From: Candidatus Uhrbacteria bacterium GW2011_GWE2_46_68
GTDB lineage: Bacteria; Patescibacteriota; Patescibacteriia; UBA9934; GWF2-40-263
Length of the DNA stretch: 64,000 bases
NCBI GenBank assembly: GCA_001002765.1
Contig: LCMS01000010.1
Span: forward strand, 123 to 64,122
Reading direction: 5' to 3'
Of this stretch, positions 28,248-38,390 are shown in pieces (the first letter of the stretch is position 1; each line of letters starts with the position of its first letter). Below the pieces are notes generated by a model. It had not been told where the DNA came from. It saw only the letters and a program-made list of their open reading frames with translations, and made no database searches. The translations under genes and the position numbers were made by a program.

Positions 28248-29576
28248 ATGCCTCCCCTTTTCCGACGTATTCTCTTTTATCTCTTTCTTTTTTGCTTTCT
28301 TATCTCCGCTCCGCTGGCTGTGCTTTATACTGCCGGTTATCGGTATGATGTCGGTTCGGGCATGGTCATAAAAACCGGTGTGCTCTCACTTGAAAGCGCT
28401 CCCAAAGGAGCCACCGTACGTATTGATGATATTGAGGCAAAAGAAAAAACTCCTGCGATTATTAATACTATCATCCCCGGAGAACATGACGTTCAAATCA
28501 TAAAAGACGGCTATCTCCCATGGGAAAAAACGCTCAGGGTTCAAAGTAATCAGACAACCTTTGCCTCTGCCACACTTTTTCTTGTCGATGCTCCACAGCT
28601 CTTTTCCTCGCTTACCCCCACATTTGCAACGACATCACCCAATCGAGAAGAAGTCGCCTTTGTAACAAGAAACGAGGAAACCACTGATGTCTGGCGACTC
28701 ACGGCAAATGCGACATCTCCTTTTCTTATCGCCTCATTTCCCTCTTCCAAAAAAATAACCAAAATTCTGTGGTCACCCGAGGCACGGTATTTGCTCCTTC
28801 AAACAACCGACTTGGAAAAACCTTTTTCAATTTACACACGCGATGGCGATTCTCTCCTCAATCCTTCTCAACTTTTTGAAACAATTACTGCGCTTTGGTG
28901 GGATGTGGGACAAGACGGTTTTCTTTTTTTGACAACGGATACGAAACAGGTTCGCCTCAATATCGCCAATGGTCTTTTTGATTTCCTCGATCTTCCTTGT
29001 GAAGCTGCTCGCACTGTCTCACAAGGCCTCGTCATAGTTCAACAGACCATAGAACGCGCCTCACTCATCCGTACCCAAAACGGAGAATCCACGATTCTCG
29101 CTTATCTTCCTTCCGGAAATTATCAATTTCACTCCTCTCCGGATCATGTATTTCTTTTGGAAGATACTCGACACCAACGCATCCTTCTTCTGGATGCCCG
29201 TGGCGGTGACCAACCAATCTTATTGAACGACGAGGCGACATTATGGCAGTGGAATCAACAAGGACACCTTTTGGTAAGTGATGGATTTGATCTGCATGTC
29301 TATGACAGCTACGCGCATACAGACACCCTTCTCACCCGTACCAGTGAACACATGTCCGCTTTGATCTGGTATGCCACAGGAACCGATGTCGTCTTTTGTC
29401 TCCCTTCGACTATTCAGGCTGTGGAAATCGATGAACGCGGATCGCGCCATGCCCCTCTTCTTGCCGTCGATACTTCTTGCACCAATCTTTGGATGGATAC
29501 GGACGGAAAAACACTTTCATTCTTTGGAACGATTGGGGGGGAACGGGGGTGGTTTGAAAAAAAGATGCAGGAATAA
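28248..29576 (+). CDS. hypothetical membrane-anchored PEGA-domain protein with beta-rich C-terminal region
   Basis: The track ORF starts at 28137. The start at MPPLFRR is preferred so as to avoid overlapping the divergent ctp 5' end. TM helix. PEGA-like motif (KGATVRIDDIEAKEKTPAIINTIIPGEHDVQIIKDGYLPWEKTLRV). Confidence 0.5.
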   Translation: MPPLFRRILFYLFLFCFLISAPLAVLYTAGYRYDVGSGMVIKTGVLSLESAPKGATVRIDDIEAKEKTPAIINTIIPGEHDVQIIKDGYLPWEKTLRVQSNQTTFASATLFLVDAPQLFSSLTPTFATTSPNREEVAFVTRNEETTDVWRLTANATSPFLIASFPSSKKITKILWSPEARYLLLQTTDLEKPFSIYTRDGDSLLNPSQLFETITALWWDVGQDGFLFLTTDTKQVRLNIANGLFDFLDLPCEAARTVSQGLVIVQQTIERASLIRTQNGESTILAYLPSGNYQFHSSPDHVFLLEDTRHQRILLLDARGGDQPILLNDEATLWQWNQQGHLLVSDGFDLHVYDSYAHTDTLLTRTSEHMSALIWYATGTDVVFCLPSTIQAVEIDERGSRHAPLLAVDTSCTNLWMDTDGKTLSFFGTIGGERGWFEKKMQE

Positions 29577-29624
29577 CATCCACAGTAAAAAAATCCGCTC
29601 GGTTCAATTCCGGGCGGATATTTT

Positions 29625-30719
29625 TTATAACTCCACACTGCTGTTTTCTCCAATCACCATGCGGTGGCCGGATCGAGGATGGGTTCCTTGCACATCCACC
29701 ACCTGTGCATTCTTTCCGATAATGCTATCAATGATGCGACGACGTGTATCAATAAACACGTTTGGAAACACAATGGAGTGTTCGACTTCGGATCGCACAA
29801 TCTTTGCTCCATCCCCAATCGATGTATACGGTCCGATATACGATCCTTCAATGTGACAGTTGCTTCCAATAACCACGGGTCCACGAATCAAACAATCCGG
29901 TGTGATCACTGTATTGATTCCAATCTTCACCAACCCTTGCACCTGTGCTTCGATCGGCACTTCGCTTTCCACCGCATAATGATTCTTCGGTAAATCATCT
30001 TTGATGAGCGCGTTGCCTTCGAGTAACGCTTCCGGAGTTCCCGTATCTTTCCACCATCCGGTAATTTCCTCATATCCCACGCGCCCGTGATCAATAAACC
30101 AGGTATTCACATCAGTAATCTCGTATTCTCCGCGTGCGGAAGGTTGGATGTTTTGATACGCCTCAAAAAATCGATCGTTGTAAAAATAAATTCCTGTGAC
30201 TGCAAAATCGGAAGGAGGTTGCACGGGTTTTTCAACCACACGTTTGAGTGTGCCGTCTTCGCGAAACTCGGGCACACCAAAACGCTGCGGGTCTTTCACG
30301 CGGGAAAATGCGAGAAGACAGTCCAAATCCTCCCGTAAAAATCGTTCCACAAACGGTCGCAAACTTCCTAAAATAATATTGTCTCCCAAAAAGAAAAGAA
30401 ACTTGTCCCCGCGCAAATATTCCTCTGCATTGGCAACCACATGGGCGACTCCGCGCGCACCACCTCGCTGTTCCACATAGGTAATATGCGCTCCCCAAGC
30501 TTCCCCATCTCCCAGGGCTTCCCGCATCACCTCCTGTTCTCCCGGATTCACATTGACATAAATATCCTTGATGCCGGCCTCAACAATTTTTGTTATGACA
30601 TGCCAAAGCATGGGTTTATTGGCAAGCGGAATCAAATGTTTATTGATGGTCCAGGTGATGGGGCGCAAACGTGTGGCCCGTCCACCGGCCGCAATAAGTG
30701 CTTTCATAGTGATGTTCAA
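29625..30719 (-). CDS. sugar-phosphate nucleotidyltransferase (long-form glucose-1-phosphate thymidylyltransferase-like) with C-terminal left-handed beta-helix
   Basis: N-terminal MKALIAAGGRATRLRPIT...KHLIPLANKPM (the G-x-G-x-R nucleotidyltransferase signature). C-terminal hexapeptide repeats. Confidence 0.75.
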   Translation of the reverse strand: MNITMKALIAAGGRATRLRPITWTINKHLIPLANKPMLWHVITKIVEAGIKDIYVNVNPGEQEVMREALGDGEAWGAHITYVEQRGGARGVAHVVANAEEYLRGDKFLFFLGDNIILGSLRPFVERFLREDLDCLLAFSRVKDPQRFGVPEFREDGTLKRVVEKPVQPPSDFAVTGIYFYNDRFFEAYQNIQPSARGEYEITDVNTWFIDHGRVGYEEITGWWKDTGTPEALLEGNALIKDDLPKNHYAVESEVPIEAQVQGLVKIGINTVITPDCLIRGPVVIGSNCHIEGSYIGPYTSIGDGAKIVRSEVEHSIVFPNVFIDTRRRIIDSIIGKNAQVVDVQGTHPRSGHRMVIGENSSVEL

Positions 30720-30755
30720 AGGTTACTCGAACCGTCCCTTGCACGTCAACCGCGC

Positions 30756-31652
30756 CTATGATCCGCAACACCCACATCCCCCATCACAATCTTCACATCG
30801 GCAGCTTTGTTTTGCCCGTGCATATTTTTCAAGTGTGTCTCTCAAAGCTTCTTTGATAGGGCGCATCGTGATCCCCAATTCGGCCAAACGTTCTGAGGCC
30901 AAAAAATTATTGGATCGCCCTTTCTTTGCCAGTCCTCGTTTCACGAGATCTTCATTCGTTATCCAATGACAGGTATGCTCGGGATCCACAATTTCATGAT
31001 ACAGATCCAAAATCTCGCGATGGCGAATCGTTCCGGGATTGGTCACATGAAAAATCCCCTCCCCTTTCTTTTCGATAAGCTGACGAAATACCTCGACCAT
31101 ATCATCGACAATCGTCACACTGTTTTCCACATCGATCACTTCAGGGTAGCTCACGATTTTATCAATGAGATTTCCCGGGCTGGGTTTGCTATCAAGCGGC
31201 ATGCGAATGCGCGCAATGCCCACATTCTTAAATGTCGCCAAGGCAAGATCGGCCGCATATTTTGATCGTGAATACACAACACTTGGATTGGCGTGATCGT
31301 GCTCACGCCACAATTTATCCGCATGGGAAGAATCCCCGTAGTACACACAACCGGATCCGATATGCAAAAAATAAACATTTTCTTGTTGGCAAGCGTCGGC
31401 GATCAGCAAAGGTAAAACTGTGTTCCCACGAATCGTTTCCAGGACATGATCTTCACACCAATCCACATTGGGTGTTCCTTTCACTCCTGCGGCATTAAAA
31501 ACCGCTTCGGGCTTGTGCGTATGAATCCCGCGGAGCGCATCTTCGACGGATTGAACGCGGATGGGAGAAACGATCACTTCATGTCCCTCATGTATCCATT
31601 CCTCTGCACAACGATTCCCCAAATACCCCGCACCAAAAATTAAAATCTTCAT
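30756..31652 (-). CDS. NAD(P)-dependent sugar epimerase/reductase (RmlD-like dTDP-4-dehydrorhamnose reductase family) with Cys-rich C-terminal tail
   Basis: Rossmann motif MKILIFGAGYLG. 298 aa. Unusual C-terminus CRCEDCDGGCGCCGS. Confidence 0.55.
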   Translation of the reverse strand: MKILIFGAGYLGNRCAEEWIHEGHEVIVSPIRVQSVEDALRGIHTHKPEAVFNAAGVKGTPNVDWCEDHVLETIRGNTVLPLLIADACQQENVYFLHIGSGCVYYGDSSHADKLWREHDHANPSVVYSRSKYAADLALATFKNVGIARIRMPLDSKPSPGNLIDKIVSYPEVIDVENSVTIVDDMVEVFRQLIEKKGEGIFHVTNPGTIRHREILDLYHEIVDPEHTCHWITNEDLVKRGLAKKGRSNNFLASERLAELGITMRPIKEALRDTLEKYARAKQSCRCEDCDGGCGCCGS

Positions 31653-31655
31653 AGA

Positions 31656-32660
31656 TTAACGTGTAACATATTGTTTTTCATAATAATCTTGATACGCACC
31701 TGAACGCACCTCATCCACCCAGGCCTGATGATTGGCATACCAATCCACGGTATTTTTTAAACCCTCATCAATCCCAATCGTCGGTTCCCAACCAAGTTCA
31801 CGTTGCGCTTTGGAATAATCGATTGAATAACGACGATCGTGCCCAGGACGGTCTTTCACATACTCAATAAAACTCTCATCACGATCAGTCAGCGCCAAAA
31901 GTTTTTTCGTAAGTTCCAAATTGGAAATCTCACTTTCCTTTCCGCCCAGACAATACGTTTCGCCCACCCGACCCTTTAACAAAATCGCCTCGATGCCTCG
32001 GCAATGATCTTCCACATGAATCCAATCGCGCACATACAGACCGTCCCCATACACGGGTACCTTTTTTCCTTCTCTCAAGTTACAGATAAAAAGTGGAATG
32101 ATTTTTTCCGGAAAATGATAGGGACCGTAATTATTGGAACAATTGGAAATCGTGATAGGTAAACCGTGGGTGTGATAGAACGCTCGCACAAAATGATCAG
32201 AAGCCGCTTTGGAAGCGGGATAAATGCTGCGCGGAGCATAAAGGCTTTGCTCGTTAAAACTGCCTCCATCAAGAGGAAGATGACCAAAAACCTCATCTGT
32301 GGACACATGATGGAAACGTTTTATCTGGTGTTGTCGTGCGGCATCCAACAGGTTATACGTGCCGAAAATGTTGGTGCGTAAAAACGATTCCGGATCCATT
32401 GCCGCTCGGTCATTGTGAGACTCTGCAGCAAAATGAACGATCCTATCAACATCTTTCACAAGGGAAAAAACCAACTCGTGATCACAAATATCACCTTTGA
32501 CAAAACGGATCTTGTTCGCGACCGATTCCAAATTGCGCAAATTGCCCGCATACGTGAGCTTATCCAAAACAATGATACGATCCTCCGGATGATGCGCCAC
32601 CCAATAATGTACGAAGTTGGAGCCAATAAATCCGGCTCCACCGGTTACAAGTATGGTCAT
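31656..32660 (-). CDS. rfbB: dTDP-glucose 4,6-dehydratase
   Basis: MTILVTGGAGFIGSNFV Rossmann motif. Catalytic YxxxK within YAASKAASDHF. The track ORF extends to 32801, but ATG at 32658-32660 (minus) gives the canonical N-terminus. Confidence 0.85.
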   Translation of the reverse strand: MTILVTGGAGFIGSNFVHYWVAHHPEDRIIVLDKLTYAGNLRNLESVANKIRFVKGDICDHELVFSLVKDVDRIVHFAAESHNDRAAMDPESFLRTNIFGTYNLLDAARQHQIKRFHHVSTDEVFGHLPLDGGSFNEQSLYAPRSIYPASKAASDHFVRAFYHTHGLPITISNCSNNYGPYHFPEKIIPLFICNLREGKKVPVYGDGLYVRDWIHVEDHCRGIEAILLKGRVGETYCLGGKESEISNLELTKKLLALTDRDESFIEYVKDRPGHDRRYSIDYSKAQRELGWEPTIGIDEGLKNTVDWYANHQAWVDEVRSGAYQDYYEKQYVTR

Positions 32661-32670
32661 AGATAAAAAA

Positions 32671-33207
32671 TTATTTTTTAAAAAAAAGTTTAGCAATGGC
32701 CCATGCGGAGATAGAAACTCCATCCCACATCTCGCCTCGAAAAATGGCTGTGTCAATTTCCTCGGGCGATAAACGCATGTGTTCAAATTCTTCAGTCTCA
32801 TCTTTTTCTGAAGTCATAAACGATAAATCTTTCGCTATAAAAACCTTCACGACATCATCTAACAAACCGGTTCCAACGGCAAAACTTCCAACCTCTTCTA
32901 AAATTTTCGCTCTCACTCCGATTTCTTCGGCCAGCTCGGCGGTTGCTGCTTCACGTGGAGTCTGATCCGGTTTAATGCCTCCGGCAGGACATTCTAGACT
33001 CTCTCGGTCAAAAATATAACGATATTGTCGATGCAACAAAATCTTCCCCCCTGCATCAATCGCGATAATCGCAACCGATCCTCGAGTTTTCATGTAATGA
33101 TATTCTCCCTTCGCTCCATTTGGTAATTCAAACTCATCAAGCTGATATTTCCACCAAGGATTTTCATGAACGGTTTTTGAAGAAAGTTGTTTCCAAGATT
33201 GAATCAT
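32671..33207 (-). CDS. NUDIX hydrolase (ADP-ribose pyrophosphatase-like)
   Basis: NUDIX box PAGGIKPDQTPREAATAELAEEIG. Start adjusted to MIQSWKQ to avoid a 150-nt overlap with the HIT gene. Confidence 0.65.
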   Translation of the reverse strand: MIQSWKQLSSKTVHENPWWKYQLDEFELPNGAKGEYHYMKTRGSVAIIAIDAGGKILLHRQYRYIFDRESLECPAGGIKPDQTPREAATAELAEEIGVRAKILEEVGSFAVGTGLLDDVVKVFIAKDLSFMTSEKDETEEFEHMRLSPEEIDTAIFRGEMWDGVSISAWAIAKLFFKK

Positions 33208-33608
33208 AGGGACATGCGAATCTGTTCTGCGATGGCAACAAAATCGGGCACCTCCTTCATTTCTCCCCAAAGCGTATGACCATCTCCAGAGAAACGAGGA
33301 ATGATGTGGATATGCGTGTGAAAAATCATTTGACCTGATCCTTGTCCGATATTGCACATAAAATTGCAGGCCTCGGCTCCCACTGACTTCATCACCCCTT
33401 TGCTTATTTTTGCTACGACCATCATCACCACCTCACGGTCTTCCGCTTCCATTTCCAAAAAATTTTCCGAATGTGCTTTGGGCACCACCAGGACGTGACC
33501 CAGATTGACCGGATGAATATCTAAAAAAGCCAGGACTTTCTCATCTTCGTACACTTTGTAGCTGGGAATGTCCCCGGCAATAATTTTGCAAAAAAGACAG
33601 TCGGACAT
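33204..33608 (-). CDS. HIT family (histidine triad) nucleotide hydrolase
   Basis: HxHxHxx motif FHTHIHIIPR. N-terminal CLFCKII. Confidence 0.8.
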   Translation of the reverse strand: MSDCLFCKIIAGDIPSYKVYEDEKVLAFLDIHPVNLGHVLVVPKAHSENFLEMEAEDREVVMMVVAKISKGVMKSVGAEACNFMCNIGQGSGQMIFHTHIHIIPRFSGDGHTLWGEMKEVPDFVAIAEQIRMSL

Positions 33609-33625
33609 AAAAAAATAATCAAAAG

Positions 33626-34876
33626 TTAAACGATTACCGAGGTACGTATACCAAGGTACCCGGAACGACTGCGATAGTTAGACCAGACGAAATTCACTTT
33701 CTGATCATTACAGTCCCAGTATGCACACGGTACTGAACTGATAAAAGAATATACAGCTCCTAAGAAACAACTATGACCTTCTATTCTTGTAGGGTTCCAT
33801 ATATCATCAAGAGGTTTTCCTGTTTCTTGAAGATGAGTCATAAAAGCTATGATCCAATCCTCGAGAGTCATACCGGATTCATGGGAGTAAGGGGAATCTT
33901 CCTTGTCTTTGCATGCTTGAAGAGTAGAAAAATATTCATTGGCGGATTGACCTATCTCAAGAGGAGGACGCGGGGTGAGGTCTCCTTGGAGTTTTCCTTT
34001 ACCTTGAGGAGGAATAAAAGCAAAACCTAAAGAGTTTGAATCTGACGGATTTGAGGGTTGGAGAAGATGAACCGTCCAGCCATTGAAAGAATCTGGATTG
34101 TTGTCTTGTGTCTCAAGTATCTGTGCCTTTGTCTTCCCTCCATGTCTATCTTCTGTAAAAGACTGTGGCTTATAGACAAGATTGGGAAAATTTCCTGTAT
34201 CTGCTCCTTGATATCCTTCTTCTTGTATCAAAAAAGAATCATTGGTTTTAGGGGCAAAGGTTGGATGAAATTGTTTGTAAGAGAGTAAGAATTGATCAAG
34301 GGTTTTTATAAGGACGTCAAGGCTCATGCCAAAGGGAACCAGAAGAAGTTTAGTGAAACCTTGTTCGTGTTTGGTTTGGAGAGTCTCACGGCGTTCGAAA
34401 AGACGGGAAGCGATTTGTTCGAGAGTGGGGATGGGGTACTTCTTACCGTCTATCCCTGTAATCGCTCCTTCTTTGAGAATACCTGCTTGTTCAAGGAGAG
34501 CGACTTGGGAAGTGTATTGTTTTTCGAGATGATAAAACTCTTCGGCATACTCACGAGCTTCGGAAAGTTTCTCTTTCATGGGTTCTTTTTTGACAATCAG
34601 ATACTTAAAGCGTTCGAGAAGATTGGCTAGTCGTTCAAGATCGGAAGTGGGGAGTTTGCTGGCAGCCTCGCGGAGAGCATCAGGTTTGGAAAGTAATTCT
34701 CTTGGAATATCGTGAGATGCTGCAAAATCAATAATCTCTTGTCGCAGAATGTTAAAATGTTCGTGGTGTTCTTTGGGAAGAGAATCACGGACACTTGAAA
34801 CCGAGGCAAGGACGGCTTCATGGAGAGCCGGTTCTATGGAATGAGCGGATTCGGGAGACGGTCGAGAAAAAGACAT
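33626..34876 (-). CDS. multi-copy paralogous family member (intact, 416 aa)
   Basis: Conserved family N-domain (LPKEHHEHFNILRQEIIDFAASHDI..., KHEQGFTKLLLVPFGMSLD, GWTVHLLQPS, GMTLEDWIIAFMTHLQETGKPLD). Variable C-terminal region. Terminal motif GIRTSVIV. Confidence 0.7.
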   Translation of the reverse strand: MSFSRPSPESAHSIEPALHEAVLASVSSVRDSLPKEHHEHFNILRQEIIDFAASHDIPRELLSKPDALREAASKLPTSDLERLANLLERFKYLIVKKEPMKEKLSEAREYAEEFYHLEKQYTSQVALLEQAGILKEGAITGIDGKKYPIPTLEQIASRLFERRETLQTKHEQGFTKLLLVPFGMSLDVLIKTLDQFLLSYKQFHPTFAPKTNDSFLIQEEGYQGADTGNFPNLVYKPQSFTEDRHGGKTKAQILETQDNNPDSFNGWTVHLLQPSNPSDSNSLGFAFIPPQGKGKLQGDLTPRPPLEIGQSANEYFSTLQACKDKEDSPYSHESGMTLEDWIIAFMTHLQETGKPLDDIWNPTRIEGHSCFLGAVYSFISSVPCAYWDCNDQKVNFVWSNYRSRSGYLGIRTSVIV

Positions 34877-34879
34877 ATA

Positions 34880-35245
34880 TCACGAAACGCGGCGGATAAG
34901 TAGATAAAAAATCCAGGGGGTGAGGAGGCCGAATAAGACAAGCCAGACACGCAGTATTCCCAAATCCACTCCCACGATCCAACACAAAATCCCGACCAAA
35001 ATCGAGAAAAAACAGCAAAAAACATAAGAAAGCCAAGATCGCTCCTTCCATGAGGATACCGCACTCCCAAACCAGGCACCAGACAAAATACCCACAAGTA
35101 AAAAAAGGTGAACAGAAAGGTAGCGCGAGACAAACCCCGGTCGCAGTGCATCTAAAATCCAAAACACGATGTAGCTCACAAGGCTTGTGAAAAAAATCGT
35201 GCCTGCCAATTGTTCACTGATCGTATGTTGTTTATGGAAAAACAT
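34880..35245 (-). CDS. hypothetical small membrane protein (4 TM)
   Basis: 121 aa, almost entirely hydrophobic helices. Confidence 0.4.
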   Translation of the reverse strand: MFFHKQHTISEQLAGTIFFTSLVSYIVFWILDALRPGFVSRYLSVHLFLLVGILSGAWFGSAVSSWKERSWLSYVFCCFFSILVGILCWIVGVDLGILRVWLVLFGLLTPWIFYLLIRRVS

Positions 35246-36701
35246 AAGCTCTCAAAAATTGCCAAAAAGAGGACCATGTGAAAGCCTCGCGCATCCATAT
35301 CATGCGAATCTTCCCTACATCCACAGATCCTTCTTGTTCTAAAATTCTCGGTAAAGAAAACGCAAACTTCCACGCGCCTTGTTCTTGTGCCAACATCGAG
35401 GCGTCAAAACTCGCTTCCGCCACCCACCATTCCCCTTCACGACGTGGAGGCATATAAGTTGCCAAAATATAATCCACTCCCAAGGTGTCCAAATCACTTG
35501 ATGCAACAAGTGAAACGGGATCGGGTTGAAAAAATGTTCCTGCCGATGTTGCAATCATGCCATCACTTTGTATTTCTATGTCTCCCAATGGCACGGAAAG
35601 AATCGCAAGCCCGGGTTGGATAATCGTCTGCGTCACAGTTTCAAAAGGAGCAGTCACGGACACGCTTTGCCCTCCAATCTCCACCTCTTGCACTCCTTCC
35701 GCATGCCTCGTTTCAAAAGAAAACTGTTTGCCGTTTGTCACCAATTGCGTTCCCATCGGCGTATCGCGATATCCCACCTCATCGGCCAAAAATAGTGATC
35801 GGACAAACACCCATTTTTGTTGCGGGGTCGCAATCGAACGGAAAAAAATATCCCGCCCCACATTGAGTTCTATTTTGTACACGCCTTCGGACAAATCTGA
35901 AGCACTGACAGTGATCGTCTGTAAAAAGGAAGGAAGGGCGGTTGCCTTGGTGACTCCATCATCGGTCATGCGTGCTTCTGCCACGGCCTGATCTTCCTCA
36001 TTAAATACAAGAATTTGCACAGAATCATCCCCCTCTTCTCTATTCATATCCATATAGGCAAAGGAAAAAGAGAGCGTTTCGTCTTTCACATATGTCTTGA
36101 TCGTATGATGCCCGCGAAAACTCAAATCCGTGATTTGCATCACAGAAGATGAAGTGTAAAACACCGGCTCATAGGAAATCGACCAATCATCATGATAGGT
36201 TGCAACTTGTTCGACCGGAGGCGGGGATGCAAAAAAATCTTCCAAAGAATGATAGGTAAGCTCGCGTTGCAATAAGAGACGATCCCCTTCTTGAATCCGC
36301 GACCAAGAAGATTGATCCAATAAAAGATTTTGAAGAGGATGCAAATCAAACGCCTGATGATCTGCAAAAACCAATCCTCCAAACTCGATAATGGGAACGT
36401 TTGCATTCTTAAACCAAATCTCCGCGGTGATGGTCTCAAAAGATCGATGAGGATGAACAAAAAGATACACCGGATCTCCGGTTAACACTTGTACGAGATC
36501 CCCTTGCGCATCTGTTTTGGATGATGAGGCACGAGATCCCGGAATAAGATCATCCAAAAAAGGTGAAGAAGTGCCTGGAGTTTTTTCCACAACAAAAACT
36601 CCGGAAGGAACCAACTCTTGCCACAACAACCAGCCCCCAAAAATAAAAGGAGCCCCTATGATCAACCCTTGAGTAAACCGTAAAAAAAGTTGGGTCTTCA
36701 C
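35232..36701 (-). CDS. hypothetical secreted/membrane-anchored protein
   Basis: 489 aa. N-terminal signal/anchor (LIIGAPFIFGGWLLW). No recognisable domain. Confidence 0.45.
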   Translation of the reverse strand: MKTQLFLRFTQGLIIGAPFIFGGWLLWQELVPSGVFVVEKTPGTSSPFLDDLIPGSRASSSKTDAQGDLVQVLTGDPVYLFVHPHRSFETITAEIWFKNANVPIIEFGGLVFADHQAFDLHPLQNLLLDQSSWSRIQEGDRLLLQRELTYHSLEDFFASPPPVEQVATYHDDWSISYEPVFYTSSSVMQITDLSFRGHHTIKTYVKDETLSFSFAYMDMNREEGDDSVQILVFNEEDQAVAEARMTDDGVTKATALPSFLQTITVSASDLSEGVYKIELNVGRDIFFRSIATPQQKWVFVRSLFLADEVGYRDTPMGTQLVTNGKQFSFETRHAEGVQEVEIGGQSVSVTAPFETVTQTIIQPGLAILSVPLGDIEIQSDGMIATSAGTFFQPDPVSLVASSDLDTLGVDYILATYMPPRREGEWWVAEASFDASMLAQEQGAWKFAFSLPRILEQEGSVDVGKIRMIWMREAFTWSSFWQFLRAYVFP

Positions 36702-38380
36702 AAAGAATAAAAATGATACAAAGACTCTTCGTAAAACGTTTCTACCTGTTCGATCTGAAGTCCGTATTCCTTAAGCTTGCGAGTATTCAAATAATCCACA
36801 TCCTCCTGCGGCAAGGTGATGCCATAATAATATACCGAGCTGTGTAGGATAAGTCGCGGCAAAAGATCATAGGTCGTATCACTGCGCAGTGGATAGATGA
36901 CATGACGATACGGAAAAAAAATTTTGTCCGCGCGATCCACCACAATCACAGATTCGGAATCCGTGATTCCAAGCACATATTCCCGCACCTCGGCATCTTC
37001 TCTCCAGGTGGAAGCAACGCGAAAGAGTCCGTCATCTCCACGGAAAAAAACCGTATAGACGTTGAGAAAAAAACATACCGTAAGAAAAAAAACGACGGTG
37101 GCTTTCTTAAGCCATCCTGTATTGGCATGTCGCGCAAACCAATCAATAAAAAGAGCGGCAAGTGGAGTGCTTAGCACAAACATCGGCAACCAATAGCGGA
37201 CATAGGAATTGGCAATGGTGATTTGTGTGGGATCGGGATTGTCATAAAACGTCCAACTCCCATAGAGAAGCGCGAGCCATGATCCGACAAACAGAAAAAG
37301 TAAACCATAGGTGCTGTATCGTTGGCGACGTTCGGGAGAGCGATGTTGACGTGGAAAAAACAGAAGAGCAAATCCACCCAAGCAAAGCACGGTCATCCAC
37401 CAAAATAATTGCAGACCGTACTGCCATACATGGGTCGCTACGCTCCACAGATGAATCCCAAAAGGAAAAATCCAAGTGGCGGGAGGAGTGGTGCTGAAAC
37501 GCTCCCATGCAGAAAGAGATATAGTGACTGTTTCAAGAGCTGACGTTGTGTTTCCCCCCAAAGTATATCCTGTGGTAAACCAGCCTCCGTAGGTCCAATA
37601 TTGAAACAGAAGAAGCGGCACAAAACCGCAAAGAATCCATCCAAAAAGCAAAGCTACCAAATCTTTCCATTTCCATGTATGACGAAATGAGAGAGCAAGA
37701 AGTCCAAGGGCTCCCGCGATCCAGATAAACTCGGAAGGCCTCACAAAAAAACAAAGTCCTAAAAACACTCCGGCAAAAAAGAAATCAAAAATGTGTGTAG
37801 AGAAAAAAGGAAATCGTAAAATGTGAAGATGCGGGGTGACTTTTTCCCTCCAAGGTCGGACGATCAAAAAACAGCAAGCAAAAATAAGCAAGCTTGTAAA
37901 TAATACATTGGGCATGAGACTGCGCGCGCTGTAATACCACCAAGCCGGATGAAGAGCAAGAAGAAGTGTGGCATAAAACGCCACGGTTTGATCAAAACTT
38001 TTGCGAACAATTGCATACCAAGCCAAAACAGCCAAAAGTGCAATAAAAGGAGTGATCCAAGGGAGAACGTCTGTACTTAACATGTTGATCACCCATCCAT
38101 ACAAAACAGGAAGTCCTAAAAAACCCGCAGGAACCAAACGACCTTCTTTGGAAAGAATGCTGCGAGGATGAATCAAGTCATCAAACGTGGATGAGAGACT
38201 GTCAAAAGAAAATACATGTCCGGTTGCGGCAAACGTCTCGGAAAAAAAAGCATTCGCGGTTTCATCGGGCGACACATACATCCCTTGATGACGCAACAAA
38301 ACTCCCGCACCAAAAAAAGCGATGAGCAGAAATGCTATAATCCACAGAACTTCTTTTTTTTGTGAAAAAAGTTGGCGCAT
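36698..38380 (-). CDS. polytopic membrane glycosyltransferase, GT39/GT83-like (PMT/ArnT fold)
   Basis: 560 aa. About 11-13 TM helices in the N-terminal two thirds, then a soluble C-terminal domain. The architecture is typical of lipid-linked-sugar-dependent GT-C enzymes. Confidence 0.5.
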   Translation of the reverse strand: MRQLFSQKKEVLWIIAFLLIAFFGAGVLLRHQGMYVSPDETANAFFSETFAATGHVFSFDSLSSTFDDLIHPRSILSKEGRLVPAGFLGLPVLYGWVINMLSTDVLPWITPFIALLAVLAWYAIVRKSFDQTVAFYATLLLALHPAWWYYSARSLMPNVLFTSLLIFACCFLIVRPWREKVTPHLHILRFPFFSTHIFDFFFAGVFLGLCFFVRPSEFIWIAGALGLLALSFRHTWKWKDLVALLFGWILCGFVPLLLFQYWTYGGWFTTGYTLGGNTTSALETVTISLSAWERFSTTPPATWIFPFGIHLWSVATHVWQYGLQLFWWMTVLCLGGFALLFFPRQHRSPERRQRYSTYGLLFLFVGSWLALLYGSWTFYDNPDPTQITIANSYVRYWLPMFVLSTPLAALFIDWFARHANTGWLKKATVVFFLTVCFFLNVYTVFFRGDDGLFRVASTWREDAEVREYVLGITDSESVIVVDRADKIFFPYRHVIYPLRSDTTYDLLPRLILHSSVYYYGITLPQEDVDYLNTRKLKEYGLQIEQVETFYEESLYHFYSL

Positions 38381-38390
38381 GAAAAAAATT

